From Tubulanus polymorphus (taxonomy: Eukaryota; Animalia; Nemertea), in NCBI RefSeq assembly GCF_964204645.1, contig NC_134034.1:4934914-4998913 (forward strand): a stretch of DNA of 64,000 nt, in the 5' to 3' direction. The position numbers and the translations under genes are program-made. Below, piece by piece: positions 34,381 through 48,877 of this stretch (position 1 is its first letter; every line of letters begins with the position of its first letter). Under the pieces are notes generated by a model. That model ran no database searches. It saw only the letters and a list, made by a program, of their open reading frames with translations, and had not been told where the DNA came from.

Positions 34381-36021
34381 ACCAGAACTGACGTATGACA
34401 GTTATTCCACCCCTCCAACTGCCATTTGTCTTCATGATTTTCATTGTCTCTCATAAATTCATTGCGTATTATGAAGTCGCGGATAATTTGGATGATAATG
34501 GCATTTCGAAACACAAAAAGGCACTTATGTATATAACATTCAAATATAATATATCTAGATAGCTTAATGATTATTGGTTGAAGGGTTTTTGGAGGTCAAA
34601 TCACAGTTAATGGGTTGGTTTTTTATGTTGATGTAACAAATCTCTGGTCCTAAATAACCTTATGGGAAACTTTCTAGCACAGTTTAAAGTGTGAATGATT
34701 AGGGTTAGGGTTAGGTTTAGGTTTACAAGCAGACATCAAAACTTAATTAAATAAAAACATTTCGTCCATATTGCTACCATTTGGAAGATGTATGTGCATG
34801 GAAATTAGTGACGAATACTATTGGCAGTTGGGAGAGTATTTCTTCTTTTAGTTCCATATACTACGCTTTTATATTTTAGCTTGCACATTAATTCCCCAAT
34901 TTACTCCAAAAGTATCTCTACACGTTGCACTTTAATGTCGCATATCGGACTTGGGCCAAACATCTGATTTGGTTGGAAAATTTTCAATTCGTGCTACGTT
35001 CTACGAAAGTGAGGTCAGGATAATGTCAAGTCACGATGAATTCCTACGCGTGTGCAGGACGATCACAACTGACCCGTGGATCAATGCGGGTTTGACAACC
35101 ATTCAGATTACGGAGGTCCCGAGTTCGAGCCCAGTGAACACGTGCAGGCTGATTCACTCAGTTCGTTTAAGTTGGTAATACTTTTCTTTAACAATATATT
35201 AATAGGGCTGTTGATTTTTGTCGCGGGGAGTGGGCGGATCCAGACCGGAGTACAAACAGCACGTGCTCCCATCACAATTTCCCCGTGTCCTTTTGAAAAT
35301 ACAATGACAGTATTTTTCAGGGCAATCTTTCCACCCGCTTTTTGTGCAGTCCGCAGTTTAAGATTTAGCTATTATGTACTTAAATATCCCTGGCTCATGT
35401 GCCAAATATTGTATGAGAATGCACTGGAATCTCATCATTTTCTAGACCCCACATTTAATAAGAAAAGGAGTTCCGTTTCATGTTCAGAAAAGATACCGAA
35501 AGGGCACGACTGGATTTCCCGAAGGCTTGTTAATACGTACGTAGCTGCTTTATTCATAAATGTAAGCATACGGCATGCAGTACATCACTTTGTTTTAAAC
35601 AATTACCTGTCGTTTCCCTCGCATTTAATCTGCTCGAATGTTCGATTCAGATACATGCACTCACATCTACCGAAGTTACTGCTCCTACAAAACGGTGGCT
35701 CATATTAGGGGATCTCAGAAAACCAGAGGTGACCACCTCGACCGCCCACTTCTCAACGGCACACTATAGGAAGAGAACACGTAGATCGCCAATGGGATCT
35801 GGAGTAACTCCAAGGTGTGATGTAGCGTAGTTATGGTGAGGTTATCATCACCAAGGTACAAGCTTGAAAGCTCACTCCGTGGCGGAATCAAGCACCGCGT
35901 TCTACGTGGAAAATCCGCCGAGTAATCGCAAAAATACACTAGTGCGGTAACATGAAAAATGGAATCGTGTTAATCTATTAATCATATTTGTGATGCACTC
36001 TACCCTTCTTTGTCAATGTTT

Positions 36022-36894
36022 CTATAGAAGCACCTCGGTGTCAACAGATGTATTTTGGCCATAAACCTCTCTTACAGCGAGCACTCCGATGTTTCTTTTT
36101 AGATTTGTGTTCGCCAACCACAGATCCAGAGCGAAAAACAGATTGTTAAAATCCTCCACCGGTCTCATTAGCTCACGCACAATCCAAACGAGAAATCCCG
36201 ATAACACGAAAAATGTATACAACAGTATGGTGACGTTGAAAATTAAGGCCAGGTACGTGACGTAACCATACGGTGCTAAGCATGTAGTGTTATGATCTAG
36301 TGGGCAAACGAACTGGAAATTAGTTGTATTTATTTTGATGGAACTTACGACCCCAAATGTAGCTACGATCAGCCACTGGACAATACACTTAACGAAATAA
36401 ACATAGCAGACGAATCTATCGAAATGACTCAGCCGAATAATGTTTTTGAGTAAAGTATTCTCGGGGATGCTGTAAAGCATATTGATGAGTGATTGGTGAA
36501 CCACGTGACGCAAAGAGCCGTTTTGATCTTGGATTTTTGACTTCATGGCGTTGAAATCGTGAGCACGCTGCAATGCTAACTCACGGAAAATGTTCATCAG
36601 CGTTTCAACGTTACTGGCTTTTCGACATAGCAGATACCAGGCGTACTGTCCGATGCAAAGTAGCACAGCCTGCAGCAGAAAATAAAAACGATCGATTCGA
36701 TACTCGGATTCGGCGCACATCAATGCGATCCCAGCAGGCACAGCAGCTCCATTTATTCGACTACACGCTGTCGAATGGCCGAAATGGTGTAGTATTAACA
36801 CGAAACAGCCGAATATTAGACAGAACCACCGAAGTAGATTCAATGCGAATTTGAAACTAGGAAATTCTTTCATCTGAGTCCTATCAAAAACCAT
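36022..36894 (-). CDS. Pannexin/innexin/LRRC8-like four-TM channel protein, ~290 aa, no LRRs, single coding exon
   Basis: Four hydrophobic segments; two Cys in each predicted extracellular loop (TAC...LMC; FVC...TTC); YFLLQAVLLCIGQYAW in TM2 and YFVK before TM3. First ATG at 36894; a splice acceptor lies at ~36965. Confidence 0.7.
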   Translation of the reverse strand: MVFDRTQMKEFPSFKFALNLLRWFCLIFGCFVLILHHFGHSTACSRINGAAVPAGIALMCAESEYRIDRFYFLLQAVLLCIGQYAWYLLCRKASNVETLMNIFRELALQRAHDFNAMKSKIQDQNGSLRHVVHQSLINMLYSIPENTLLKNIIRLSHFDRFVCYVYFVKCIVQWLIVATFGVVSSIKINTTNFQFVCPLDHNTTCLAPYGYVTYLALIFNVTILLYTFFVLSGFLVWIVRELMRPVEDFNNLFFALDLWLANTNLKRNIGVLAVREVYGQNTSVDTEVLL

Positions 36895-38685
36895 TATTTT
36901 ATTCAACAGGTCGTACTACTCCAACCAATAAAGAATATTTGTATGGACGATCCGTCCGATGTTACTGAAAATAAATAGCAATTTATATTAGAAGCATTAT
37001 TGAATGGTGAGTCGACCATTAAGAACTTAATCAGCAAAGGTTTCTGCATGCAAATCTGGCCTTTCTAGTCAATTGAAGGTATCAATAAGTCAAACTGTGT
37101 AATTCAATTAGTGCTATTTGATTAAACAAAACAAACCCTGAAAATAGTCATTTGCCTGCAAATAAATCTCAAATCTACTTCGTAGCGGCATAGTTCACAT
37201 AAAATAGCTATAGAAAAAGATAAATATTTGGTACGATGGAAGAAAACAGTTCAAACACTGGTTTCCGCCATGGTTGCCGTTTTCCTGCGCAAAACGTACC
37301 GCATCTTGCCATCATCGATGATTAGGCCTATTACTTCTGTGCCAGCTCGAACTGCTGGAGATTTCGAAAATGAACAATAAAGGATTTTTTAGTCTGGCTG
37401 ATTCAGAGTATTTGAGACAGGGCTATGATAAATTGAATCCCTCAAGGTCTTGACAATATTCTCGGATTGGAAAGACTGTCCCGTCTCTAATGCTCATGCA
37501 TCAATGATGACAAAGTGGCATCGCCATGCTCATAGAGTCATCGTGTCTCTATTTATGACTCGTTGCCCAGTTATAAATTCAACTTAGGCAACTGTAGATA
37601 AGCCTATGCAGGTACACATCAACATTCGTGGACAATGCCAAATCAAGAGAGCCTTGATTCAAGCGAGAAAGTACGTGTACGTAGTCAGTAGGTGAAATCC
37701 AAAATATAACGCTCACCTTTTTGAAAGATCCGGAGTCTCAAAGAATACAGTATTTTTGTAATTGCATGTTCTACTTATAACATACAGGTATACATACGAA
37801 ATAGCCTACTGTTACAATGTTGAACATGATTCGTGCACAGCCGTCACTTTCAATGGGATTATAATGAAATATCAGTTTTACTTTCAGATTTACATTATTT
37901 AGCATTTTATCGTATATATCTGCTATATGTCCTATTTATATTTAATTGCCGTGGTAGCGGATAGATATGCGTCACCGCGCATGTCTCGTCAGTGTTTGAA
38001 AAATCGAAAATATACAGTATTGATAAACAACAGCAAAGAAAACAAAAATACATTAGATGAAAAAAATATATTTGAATTTGTTCTTTATTTTCGTTTTTAG
38101 GTCGTCATAAAATAACATCACATGCATACAATTATTTACAAAAAAATTGTAGAAATACATAAAGTAGCCTATATAAAATACGTATGCAAAAATGCTGCAA
38201 AAATTAGTACAAAACGCGGATAGTTCCGTTAAAACGTGCAAAATATGTTAACAATTTTGAAATTTCATATGTAATTGCATATATTCTTCAAAACATTTAT
38301 TATATGACTTGAAAAACCTCATATACAATGTTTCACGTCCACTAATCATAAATATATGTAAAAATAAAATGTGTCATCAGTTACAAATCAAAGCAAAGAT
38401 ACGTATATCCATAGATATCTATGAACGTAATCTTATAATAAAATTGTATACATTTTCATAAACTTGCCGCTTCCCCAAAAATCGATATCCCATGGCCGTC
38501 ACCGCGTAAGTAACGATATATTCACAAATAAGACAGTGATCTCACTGCTTGAATAAAATATATTGTAAAAGGCACTTAGATATGAAAATAAAATAGTCTG
38601 GGATTTACATGCCAGTCGCTAGTACAATTCACTTCACTTATGCCCGCATGAGTTAATGAAACGATGGTTTTTGTGCTCTTTAGTA

Positions 38686-39156
38686 CTAAACAACAATTTT
38701 TCTTCTATTTAGACACTGACAGCCGACTGATATGTGAATGGTCGTAGGTTTCCACTCGCCATGATTGTTTCGCATGTGCACACGTACTGGCACTTCAACT
38801 GGCTCACAAACCCTATCGCCCGAGAGGGAATTTTGATTGCAACAACGCACTTCTTTTATCCATTTCGGACTTCGATTTGGATCACAATTTGCAACAGTGT
38901 CCCATGGGCAAGGGGAACGGGAACGTCTGTCACCCTTTGGGAATTGCAATCGGCAGAATGTGTCCCATTTGAAATCAAAGACTCTTCGATAACACAACGG
39001 TTCGGTCGAAAGGCTTTCTTTGTTCATCTCCTTTTCGCTTAATTCAACATTCACTAGGTGGAGGGATCGTCGCAGATTGTGATTTCGCCCGGGTATTGCA
39101 AAGGTTGCGCATTCTACTAACAAAGTTACAGCAATTACAACTAGAATAGCTTGCAT
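38686..39156 (-). CDS. IL17: Interleukin-17 family cytokine, 156 aa
   Basis: Signal peptide; RSRSPCPW...DPNRSPKWIKEVRCC...CEPV.VPV.V...ISVGCQC cystine-knot signature. Confidence 0.92.
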   Translation of the reverse strand: MQAILVVIAVTLLVECATFAIPGRNHNLRRSLHLVNVELSEKEMNKESLSTEPLCYRRVFDFKWDTFCRLQFPKGDRRSRSPCPWDTVANCDPNRSPKWIKEVRCCNQNSLSGDRVCEPVEVPVRVHMRNNHGEWKPTTIHISVGCQCLNRRKIVV

Positions 39157-39468
39157 TTCACTTGCTTTCTGGAAAAAGAATCAATTCTATCTCAATGTTT
39201 TTATTCGCAATTCAGCTACAAACATATGTATAATTTTTGAAGCACTCGTTTATTAAGAAAATAGTTATTCATGTACAGAGTAAAGATTATTCAAATTTGA
39301 ATATTGTCGGCCTATTCATTTCTCAAACTACGTGATTAACAACCCATCTACGATTATCATAATGTTCCTAACGTTTTCATTTGTAATTTACGTACGTATA
39401 GTCCTACGCATGCCTACATTTTAAACTGTAACGACAGAATTGTATTCATCATAAAAACAATCACTTAC

Positions 39469-39620
39469 TTTGGCAATGGATCGTCTTTTATTATAGTTGA
39501 TAAAAATGGTTGCCTTGTATCGGTTAGTCGAATGTTTGACTAGTCGAGTTAAAACTTTCAATATTTTAAGTTCATTCGTTTTCTGCCTTATATATATCCC
39601 GAAGATCTCGGGGATTTGCC
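39469..39620 (-). promoter_or_regulatory. Putative IL-17 promoter and non-coding exon 1
   Basis: Minus-strand TATATATAAG at ~39587-39597; kappaB-like GGGGATTTGCC at 39610-39620 (1 mismatch to GGGRNWYYCC); donor aaa/GTAAGT at 39468 and acceptor ttttccag at 39169. Confidence 0.55.
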
Positions 39621-42600
39621 ACGTCTTTTGTCTCATTTTCTAAAAATATAACCATCGAATCCGAGCGGAAAAGTAATTTAATTTTATCAGAGGCGAAAAG
39701 ATTTTACCGTGAAGATATTTACCCCAATGCCCATGATCAAGCTTCGACCAATCAGAGACTTCGCTGCCCAAAAGCGGGTATTGAATGTAAACAACTCGAT
39801 TTATTTCTGATAAAATTTCATTCATATAAAACTTCCTTATTGTATATTTACTATAGTTATAGTCTCGATGAGTAATTGCGCTGGCGTAAAGTCCTGATAA
39901 GTAACTGATAAGGAAACAATGCATTAATGCGGTTTTATAGCTAAAACAAACCATTCACAACCGATTTACTATTTAAAACTACGAATTCCCGATGATCCGT
40001 TAAAATTCATGCCTCTGGTCGCAAATCGTCATACAAAAAAAATTCGATCTCGTGATTTTTTTAATCAGAAATGGAATTGATTTACAGTTATTCTCTTCAA
40101 AATGTCATAGTTACGAAATATCTCATAGGGACAAGTAGTGCAATAACAAGACGGAATTTGGCATTCTGAATGCTACTTGTTCATGAGAAAATAATAATCT
40201 ACAAAACGAATGAATTTCCACGTTTATTTTAGTTAGCGCACGGAGAGTTAATGTTTAGAACCCCGTTTGTGTGTTAAGTCATTCGCTTCCGTAAAAGTTA
40301 TCTCAAGGGGTTCGAAAATATTGATCAAATGTCTTAGCATTAAATTCTGAAACATTAGTTTTATATAGCCAACGTACGTACGATCAATTTTCAGTCGACA
40401 AATTATTTTCTGCCTGTATACATACATTTATACATAGTGAGTTTAGAACGTTGATACAGTAATCACATGCAGCAAAATGTCGCCAGAAACTAAGTTCAAG
40501 AAAACCCATCTGTGGTTTAGTCACAGCTGTGAGGGACTTATCGTTTTAATTGTATAAATTGAACCTAATGGTTCACCTTGTGTGTGAAAAATTGAAAATT
40601 AGAAATAAAATTTTAAATTGAAATTCAAATCAAAAATGAAATTTTTAATGTTCAGAATTAAAAATTAAGCCGCCGCTGATTGCAATTTTAGCCAATATGA
40701 CGCGGTTAACAATATATGTTACGTAGCTAAATACCACTGTAAGGCCTACGCATTCCCAGTCCACAGCCGCCCACGACAGATCTCGGCAATACGGTTCTGC
40801 GTACTTATCTCGCAAGATAACTGTGGATTTCCCAAAGACTGGCTAGGTAGATATTCATAGTACATGTAGTTTGATACAGTAAATTCGATCGGATTCCGTA
40901 AGTTTCCCGAATTATCGACTCCTAAATTATCTTTTCTATTCTGTCGTTGGACTGGTTTCTCACTCCATCTTCCTAATGGATATGTAAAAACAATTTACAA
41001 CAAACAAGTCAATTTTGTGTATCGATAAAATATTTCTGCAAGTTGGCTTAGCTATCATATGCTCTAATATTCTTAAACAATTGTAGGTTTGTCGAAGAGA
41101 TGCAACTAATATTCCTATTTGTGTAATCATTATTTCGGCCCTATCGCTCAGAATATGAACTGATAGATCGTTGATAGCTACTTCATTTAAGGTACCAAGT
41201 TTAACGAAAACGGTTGCATCCTATCCGTGTATGTAGTAGATAATCATCCCAATTTGTTCTGTAGATGGCACGTAGTTTTTCTAGAAATGAATCTTTCCTA
41301 AGGTTGTGTGGAAGAAAAACAATAAACATAAGAAATACTATAGAATTTCTGCAGAAATGCAGACTAAATATTCGAGCTTTTGGCTTTTGGGTCGAAGTCT
41401 TACTGGCTTTCTTGGTAGCTGGTGTCCTGAACTTATATTCATGCTTACGTGGTTAATGTGCCTGTTGAATCAAGGGAATCAGGAATGGCGTCATGTGATT
41501 TTATTTTGCTTTAATTTTGGGAGATGATCCACACAGTCCGTAAAATCATCGGGAATAAAAATAACACCGTATCTGAAGAAATTTATAGTCTATAAGAAAA
41601 CTTCAACCTAGAATATCAAGTCTATGAACGGCGACAAACCTGATCCCGAACTTATACGACAGCATCCAGGGGAAAATCAATGCATATGTCATTTACTTAC
41701 TGCATTTTCAACCTTTTATCTGCTAGGCGTTTAGAAAGACAGTGAACATAGAGCCAGTTTGTATGTGCTTAATTAGAAAGGGTTAAATTCAGAAATCTAC
41801 ATAAAATGTGTCTAAATTCCAGCATGGAACCGCGACGATTGGCAGCAGCATAGTGTACTCTTCTAGGATAGAATGGAGGCAAGTCACTATGTATATTCAT
41901 ATGCGGAGATAAAATATATAGGCCTATAGAGATATGTTTCATTTTTCGATTGGTGTGCCTACGTACGTTACCTAAATTATGAACGGTGAAGCTCTACGTA
42001 TGTGGATATCGTATCAAAGTTCTCAACTAATCAGGGGAATTTTTTAATACGCTACGAAAAAGTAAAATGAATGTCGTTTAAGGACTTCCCCCAATAAGTA
42101 CCGAGGAAACTGATTTTCAACAAGCACGGACCAAATATAGACCATGTATACATATCGGCGTTGGCAGGAAAAACCTTAATCTGGGAAAAGGAAGATATGG
42201 TACGACCCCCATATCGGGAACAAAGAAACTCTTATTAGAACCAGTCTCGAAACGTTCGTACAAACACCTAACCAACGAACCATGTCCCAATGAAAGCTTC
42301 GAAAGCCAGCAAACTAAATCTAAATCACAAAGTTGCTAAGTTACAAAAATATATATTTGTACCTAACGTATAACAACCATAACTCTAATAAACTGCTCCA
42401 TCGAGTGATCTTTTTAGCATTTCATAGTACGCCATCCTTAGGCCTATACATGTGACGTACGTAATTCAGCATCTCAACTTATTCCTTAATTTTTACAACT
42501 TGCTGATAGTTGCATACAACAGGGGCCATCGGATTTCGCTTAAATCTACACACTGTCTTTCAATTGATATATCGTAATACAGCCGGTATCAAATGATGAT

Positions 42601-42627
42601 AGAACACATAACTAGAAAGAACCTTTC

Positions 42628-43523
42628 GGTTCAACTCCAGAATAGGTCGAAATAGTTCCATCGTGGAGGTGAGTATTTCGGTTTTAAATTGCCGTCAGAA
42701 ACCTGCAATCAGCGATCAGAACCCTGATTGCCGATTGTCGACCTGCTCTCGAGTCGACAATCGGCAATCAAAAACCTGATTGCCGATTGTCGGCCTGTTT
42801 TCGAGTCGACAATCGGCAATCGGCAATCAGAAACATCGGCCACAGCATGTATATCATCCTCACAATCGCAGTATCTATATCACCCTCACAATCACAGCAT
42901 CTATTTCACCCTTACAATCGCGGCATCTATATCGCCCTCACAATCACAACATCTATATCCCCCCTCACAAGCACAACATCTATATCACCCTCACAATCAA
43001 TCATCGCCCTCACAATCGTAGCATCTATTTCACCCTCACAATCACAGCATCTATATCACCCTCACAATCGCAGTATCTATAACACCCTCACAATCACAGC
43101 ATCTATATCACCCTCACAATCGCAGTATCAATAACACCCTCACAAACATAGCATCTATATCACCCTCACAATCACAGCATCTATATCACCCTCACAATCG
43201 CAGCACAATCACAGCATCTATTTCACCCTCACAATCACAGCATCTATATCACCCTCACAATCAGAGTATTAAGCCTATATCACCCTCACAAACACAGCAC
43301 CTATATAGCCTTCACAATCACAGCGACTATCAGGTTTCTGATTGTCGATTGCCGATTGTCGACCCGAGAAATGGCCGACTATCAGGTTACTGATTGCCGA
43401 TTGCTGATTCTCGACTTCTGAAAATTACTTCACGTGCCTCCTTCTGTCGATCTGGCGTATTAATACTTCTCAGTGAAAATGTTGGACCCGCAGATCTAGT
43501 TTTACCTGTTCTGGAGTTGAGCC
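42628..43523. mobile_element. Foldback/MITE-like element with an internal 26-bp satellite
   Basis: TIRs ggttcaactccagaataggt / acctgttctggagttgagcc; inner inverted gattgccgattgtcg motifs; (tcaccctcacaatcacagcatctata)n at ~42840-43324. Confidence 0.7.
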
Positions 43524-46500
43524 AAACTTTTTAATAGGACGACGACTGAGAATAGAAATTAAAACTCGAACTCAGACGAGTTAGGTTGGTTGGTAAGGCT
43601 TACTCACTGTTAGTGCTTTTCAAACACGCTTGCGAGTCAGGTCCAACGAAGTTCCACTGTTAGAGGTCACTCCCACCTCCCTGATTAGACAGAGTTGAGA
43701 TTATAGCCAACATACAATGCATGTCTAAGGTATTACAGAGATATAAGGCAAAACTGAGCAGTTGGCATCCCTGCAAGTTTGAAAACTAGAGGACCAAAGG
43801 TCCAAGGCTCGAAATACGTGTCACAAGTTCCAATCTAAATTTCCTTGTCTCGAAAATGAATTTTTTCGACTGATCTGTAGATGCTACATTCTGTATTCTC
43901 AACTCTCATTTCTAATTTTCAAATAACAATACAATCTGATATCCCATGGTTACAATATCACCCATACAAAAGGTGTCCGTATAATTCATTACCAGCCATA
44001 ATTTGCATTTTCAGATTATTTCACTAACATATGATGGAATGACTTTAAATGAGAAAAAGATGTTTGGAATCATCGGTAATTACTTATTGGCTGTTGTTTC
44101 AATAGTAACTGGCTATATATAACAGATAACTAATTAATCGAAATATTAATTCAAAGGGTTTTAAACCATATGTTTTCAATTACTGACTAATATTGATAAT
44201 TTTATTAAGAAAAAAGTCTTTAGAAAATAATTCAAACCCTTAATGGCAATAAAATACAAGAATGTTGCCATAGCAACATTCAAATTGCTCTAAAATGGTT
44301 GTCCGTATTACAAGTCAGAGAGTCTGTTGTAAAAATACCCCAAATCCATTTTACACACGAGTTTATTCCAGTTAAGTCAATAAAAGGTTTAACCAGTTAT
44401 AGATATATGAAAAATCATGGTTTTCCCTACGCATCCTGTCACCATGGCGGCAGTTTGGAGTACCCCGGAATGTTGTTACAACTAGAAAGCCATTGATCCC
44501 GGCTAACATGGCATGCATAAATTTGTAGAATATTCCATCATACCTAGCAGCATTAAGAACTTATTTGAGCTGCTTACTGCAAAAAAGAGGTTATATTGAG
44601 TAAAAATTCGAAAATCGGTGGGCAATGGGATAGCATTCTTGAGTTGTTCATTGTTGCTTTTATCGGAAAGGTCATAGCCAATAATATAGGTAGGTCAAAA
44701 CATTTTCCGTATATCTGCAATACTTTTTGAGTAATGAACCATTTAAAAAGCCATTCTAAAAGCATTTGATTAAATCAAACGCTTACCTTTGCAACGCAAT
44801 ATCTCGGCCCGGCTCATGTTACCAGGGTTAAAAATCTACCAAAATAAACTTCAGAACCCTATCTTTCTTCATGGAAAATTTGGGCTTTGAGGTATTCCAG
44901 GTAAGCGAAATCATATTATTCCTAGAGTGTTTTTGAGATTCAGAGCCTGGACTAGTAAGCTTGATCAACAAAATCGTCGTCGGTATGGATTGATATTGCC
45001 TTAGATATCACCGTAAAAAAACATTCCGCGAACAAACGGAAAATCACCGGCAGCTGGCGTTATCCCGTCGTATATCCGATTTTTTGCGGAATTAAATGTT
45101 TCTTGAAGAAAAGTTAAAAAAACGTTGGTTTAAACGATTTATAGGGGAAATTAACAGGACTTTCCAACCGTCAGCAATGACGTTCAGTTGACGATTTATC
45201 ACGGTACATTCACGATGAAAATCGTTTTTCCTGCGAATACCCCGTAACAGTCCGATCTTTGAATTCCACTAGATCCAAATGAAACCATAGCCGAAAAGTT
45301 ATAATAAGAAAATGTTTAAATCTATCTTAAAATCCGAATTTTCGGTTTTAAGTGGTAAACCAAAAATTCGAATTTTTAAAGATAAATTTTAACATTATCA
45401 TATTTCAATTTTTCGGTTTTCTGATTGTGGCACTTGGATTTATTATTCATTCACGACACAGTGTGAATCTCTATCTCGTCAATAAATTTCAATATTCTTC
45501 CGAGAGATTCGAACCTCGGCTGACAAGTAAATGAGGCATGAATGAAGAAGTCCCACAATATAGTTCTAAACGATAATATGACTTCAAATGAAACCAAAAC
45601 GTTTTGGCTGTTGACTAACACCCAACATCAGACTTCTTCATTCATCTAGTTGCCACGGCTTAGTGTTTTATTGGCCTTACAAGATACTATTTATTTTCTT
45701 AGTTAAAACTTAGAAGATCAGAACAATCAAAAATACAATAATTCAATCCTTGTACCAGTTGAAATGGATTGGTGGTCTTGACCATCAACATCTCGAATTC
45801 TTAGCCATAGGTTTACGACGAAGTCATTGCCGATTTGCAGATGAACCGGTACTTGATATTTTAGTAGACGTTCCTGTAAAAATAAAGGACACTACTTGAG
45901 GTGGGGTTTCATAATGAAATGGGTAAGTATTGTGGTTAATTCAATTGCTTTCATATCGATGCCAGAAGTTGCAGCCTTGAATCCATAGTTGTGAGAGTTA
46001 ACTGTACATTGAAATCAGTTCATTTTCAATGGGTTAACTCTAAGTAAAGTCTTAACTCATATATAAAACTGTGAAACCGGATCCTGGGCCCCATTCCACC
46101 GATACAATTATCTGACCTATGCATTCATGGGTACACAAAACAGAAGTGTGTACACATTTGACCCGTAGAAATGATTTGTTAAATGGAAACTTACCTCAAT
46201 TTCAAGGAAATTTACCTTCAATCTCCGCCATCTTGATGCTTTTTGTGGAAATACCGGTAGTTTACGTCATCCATCGGTATCTCAACAAGTTAACGTCATC
46301 CTTTTTAACGACAATTGTCGTTTTCTGACGATTTAAAACAGTGACAATGAATATGACGTTCCGGGGCGCGTATTATGAAATAGTAAGCCAACATCGAAAT
46401 CGTATGACCCATTGGGGTTTCTTACTCCGATATCCACTAGGTCTAAACTTCTTATTCAGTGGAAGAATGGCATTGACTGGGGACGAACAGGTTAATCCAA

Positions 46501-48012
46501 CACATAAGGGATGAATGGTAGACATCGCAGCAGATCTTGTGATTTCAAGCAATGAATTTGATGAGTTTCGTGAATTTTTTCCGGGTAGAAATATTGATAA
46601 TTCTATTAAGTTGCATGTTTTCCGTGACGCTAGCACTGAAGCATATGGTGCAGTCGCGTACAATGAATCAAAATTTCGGAGCAGAGTTATTCCGATTGAA
46701 GGGTATACCATACCTCAATTAGAATGATTAGCAGCCGAACTTGGTGCTAATCTCAACCACTTTATTATGAACAGTTTGAGAATCGAATGTTCGTCTTACT
46801 TCTTGTGGTCTGATAGCAAGATTGTGTTGTCGTGGATTAAATGTGACAATTTGGGCAAATGAGTCAGTTTTTAGCAACACTAATCTGACAGCTAAGCTCT
46901 AAAATAGATATTGAAAAATGGGTATCAAAATAATCGACAGAATCTTGCGATTCTGAATTTTGTATTTATATTCAAGTATTATAAGTTTTATAAATCAATA
47001 TGTTTGTGTTTTTTTTTTTATTAACTAAAATATTGTCTGAACCTATTGGAGTATTAACATGTTCATGCAAGCTGTTACCTTCCTGGCAAGTATGACCAGT
47101 CAAGGGTATCGCAAACAAGCGAACTTGTCATTTCTTGAGATCGACAATCTGTCGTTCTGAGTAATTATTTATAATTTATAACAATGTGTAATTAACAAGT
47201 TTGTACCAACAATTAGCAGGTTTGGCATTGGTTACCACCAACAAGGGTGATCCAAACCTTAGTTACCGTGGGCAAAGTCACGGAACAGACCAATCAGGGT
47301 TATGGTATTTTTGAGGTATAAATAGTGGACGAAGGGCAGCTGAGGTCACTTTATGATGAACCTCGCTTTAAGGAATAAATCTGTGTATATTTTAATCGTC
47401 TGCTCTTCGTCAAATTACAGGTATGTGTAATAAGTTTTATAATATTTTATTAAGTCATATTCTATGGAAATATTGACTAGGCCTAGGATGTACTTTATTT
47501 AATAATATTACTTATTAAGTATGGCCGAATACATGGTGTTTTAATATAATAGTTGAAATAATATTAATCAATTATACTAGAGCAATAGTATGTGTTTAAA
47601 TAGGTTAGATGTTCTTGAGCAGTTATGTTCTATTTTAATTAACTTGGCCGCCATTTTTGGCAAGTAATAAATGAGAATTACGGCCAGAATATGCTCGATA
47701 TCAGAGAACATTAGTTTCGTATTTAAGTATTATGAAATAAGTCGACAGTATACTAATCATTAAGATAAACACGTTTTATATTTAATCTGTATCATTTATA
47801 CTCATATATCATCACATATCTATTAATGTCACTTTATGATGAACCTCGCTTTAAGGAATAAATCTGTGTATATTTTAATCGTCTGCTCTTCGTCAAATTA
47901 CAGGGTCTTGCGTTTGTAGTTGTCTTAGCTAGAACTACCGAAAGTTACTGAGGAATACATCTATCCAAACTTTCTATTATTAAAATGGTGGAGAACCCAG
48001 CTTCGAATACCG

Positions 48013-48877
48013 ATGCCACAACCATCTAACTACCGTACGATCGTAACAAGACAACAAACGAACCAAGTTCGGCAAAACGTTGAAAACCCAGTATTGATTC
48101 CGCTATACGAGCCGCCGAGAGATATTCGACAAATTGAAGTTCCCGAGGAGGACGAGGAGGTACATCTGGCAGAAATCGACCAGGTGGATAACGGTATAGA
48201 CATTAACGAAAACCTAGAGGGTAACATGCCTTATAAACTCGACCTTCCGGGTTACGACCACAGTCGGCCTATCAAAAGTTGGCTGAATGACTTTGACCGT
48301 TGGGTCCAAGCGACAAATATACCGCTCGAGCAGCAAACCACAGCCCTAATACTGCGTTTATCTGGTTCCTCCAGATCCGCCATAGATACATTGACTCTCG
48401 AACAACAGAACGATTTGGAGAAAAAAAAAATGCTTGGAAAATAAATTTAAACCTATAAGAGACCCAATGAGAGGTCTAGATAAACAACAAGCAGGCGAGT
48501 CCGTACAGGCGTACATGGACTGAGTAGAAAGGGCAGCTAGCCAGTCAGAATTTACGTTGACATGTGCTATCGAACAGGCCATAGATTGCCTAAACGACTC
48601 TATTAAACCTTTAGTCGCAACTCATTGCCCTGATACATTTGATAAATTAAGGAAAATTGCAATGAACGCAGAATCAGCAGCAGGGGGTAAAATTACCGCG
48701 ACTTGTAGTCTCACCACAGCGGTCGACAAACTAACTAGTCATTTGGAAAATGTACAATTGCGACCGGACAATAAGGTGTGTGCATGTCAAGTAAACGCGA
48801 TAACCGATAGTAAAAGTGACAATGGATTTAATTATGCGAATAGACAGAATTATCAAACGCAGCAACAACAACAACAG
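48013..48877 (+). pseudogene. gag-like ORF (frameshifted)
   Basis: Follows the PBS; LPGYD...IKSWLNDFDRW...LILRLSGSSR and QQAGESVQAY (QxxxESVxxY gag motif). The Q-rich tail lies inverted at ~49180-49500. Confidence 0.75.

Noticed and set aside
34698-34724. TTAGGG/TTAGG tracts (also 21473-21506 and 29083-29115) as telomere or telomere-healing sites
   Set aside because: Only 3-6 degenerate units, internal, and a common low-complexity motif in invertebrate repeats.
34951-35939. ORFs 34951-35178, 35076-35708 and 35715-35939 as a gene
   Set aside because: No recognisable domain or consistent exon chain, and parts overlap repeat-like sequence.
42840-43324. CRISPR-like array (also considered for 1070-1277 and 27998-28566)
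   Set aside because: Units are head-to-tail with no unique spacers, there are no cas genes and the context is eukaryotic. The ORFs over these arrays are repeat translations.
43785-44955. Possible non-autonomous DNA transposon (ggtccaaggctc / gagcctggac ends)
   Set aside because: The inverted match is short and imperfect, with no TSD or second copy to confirm the boundaries.
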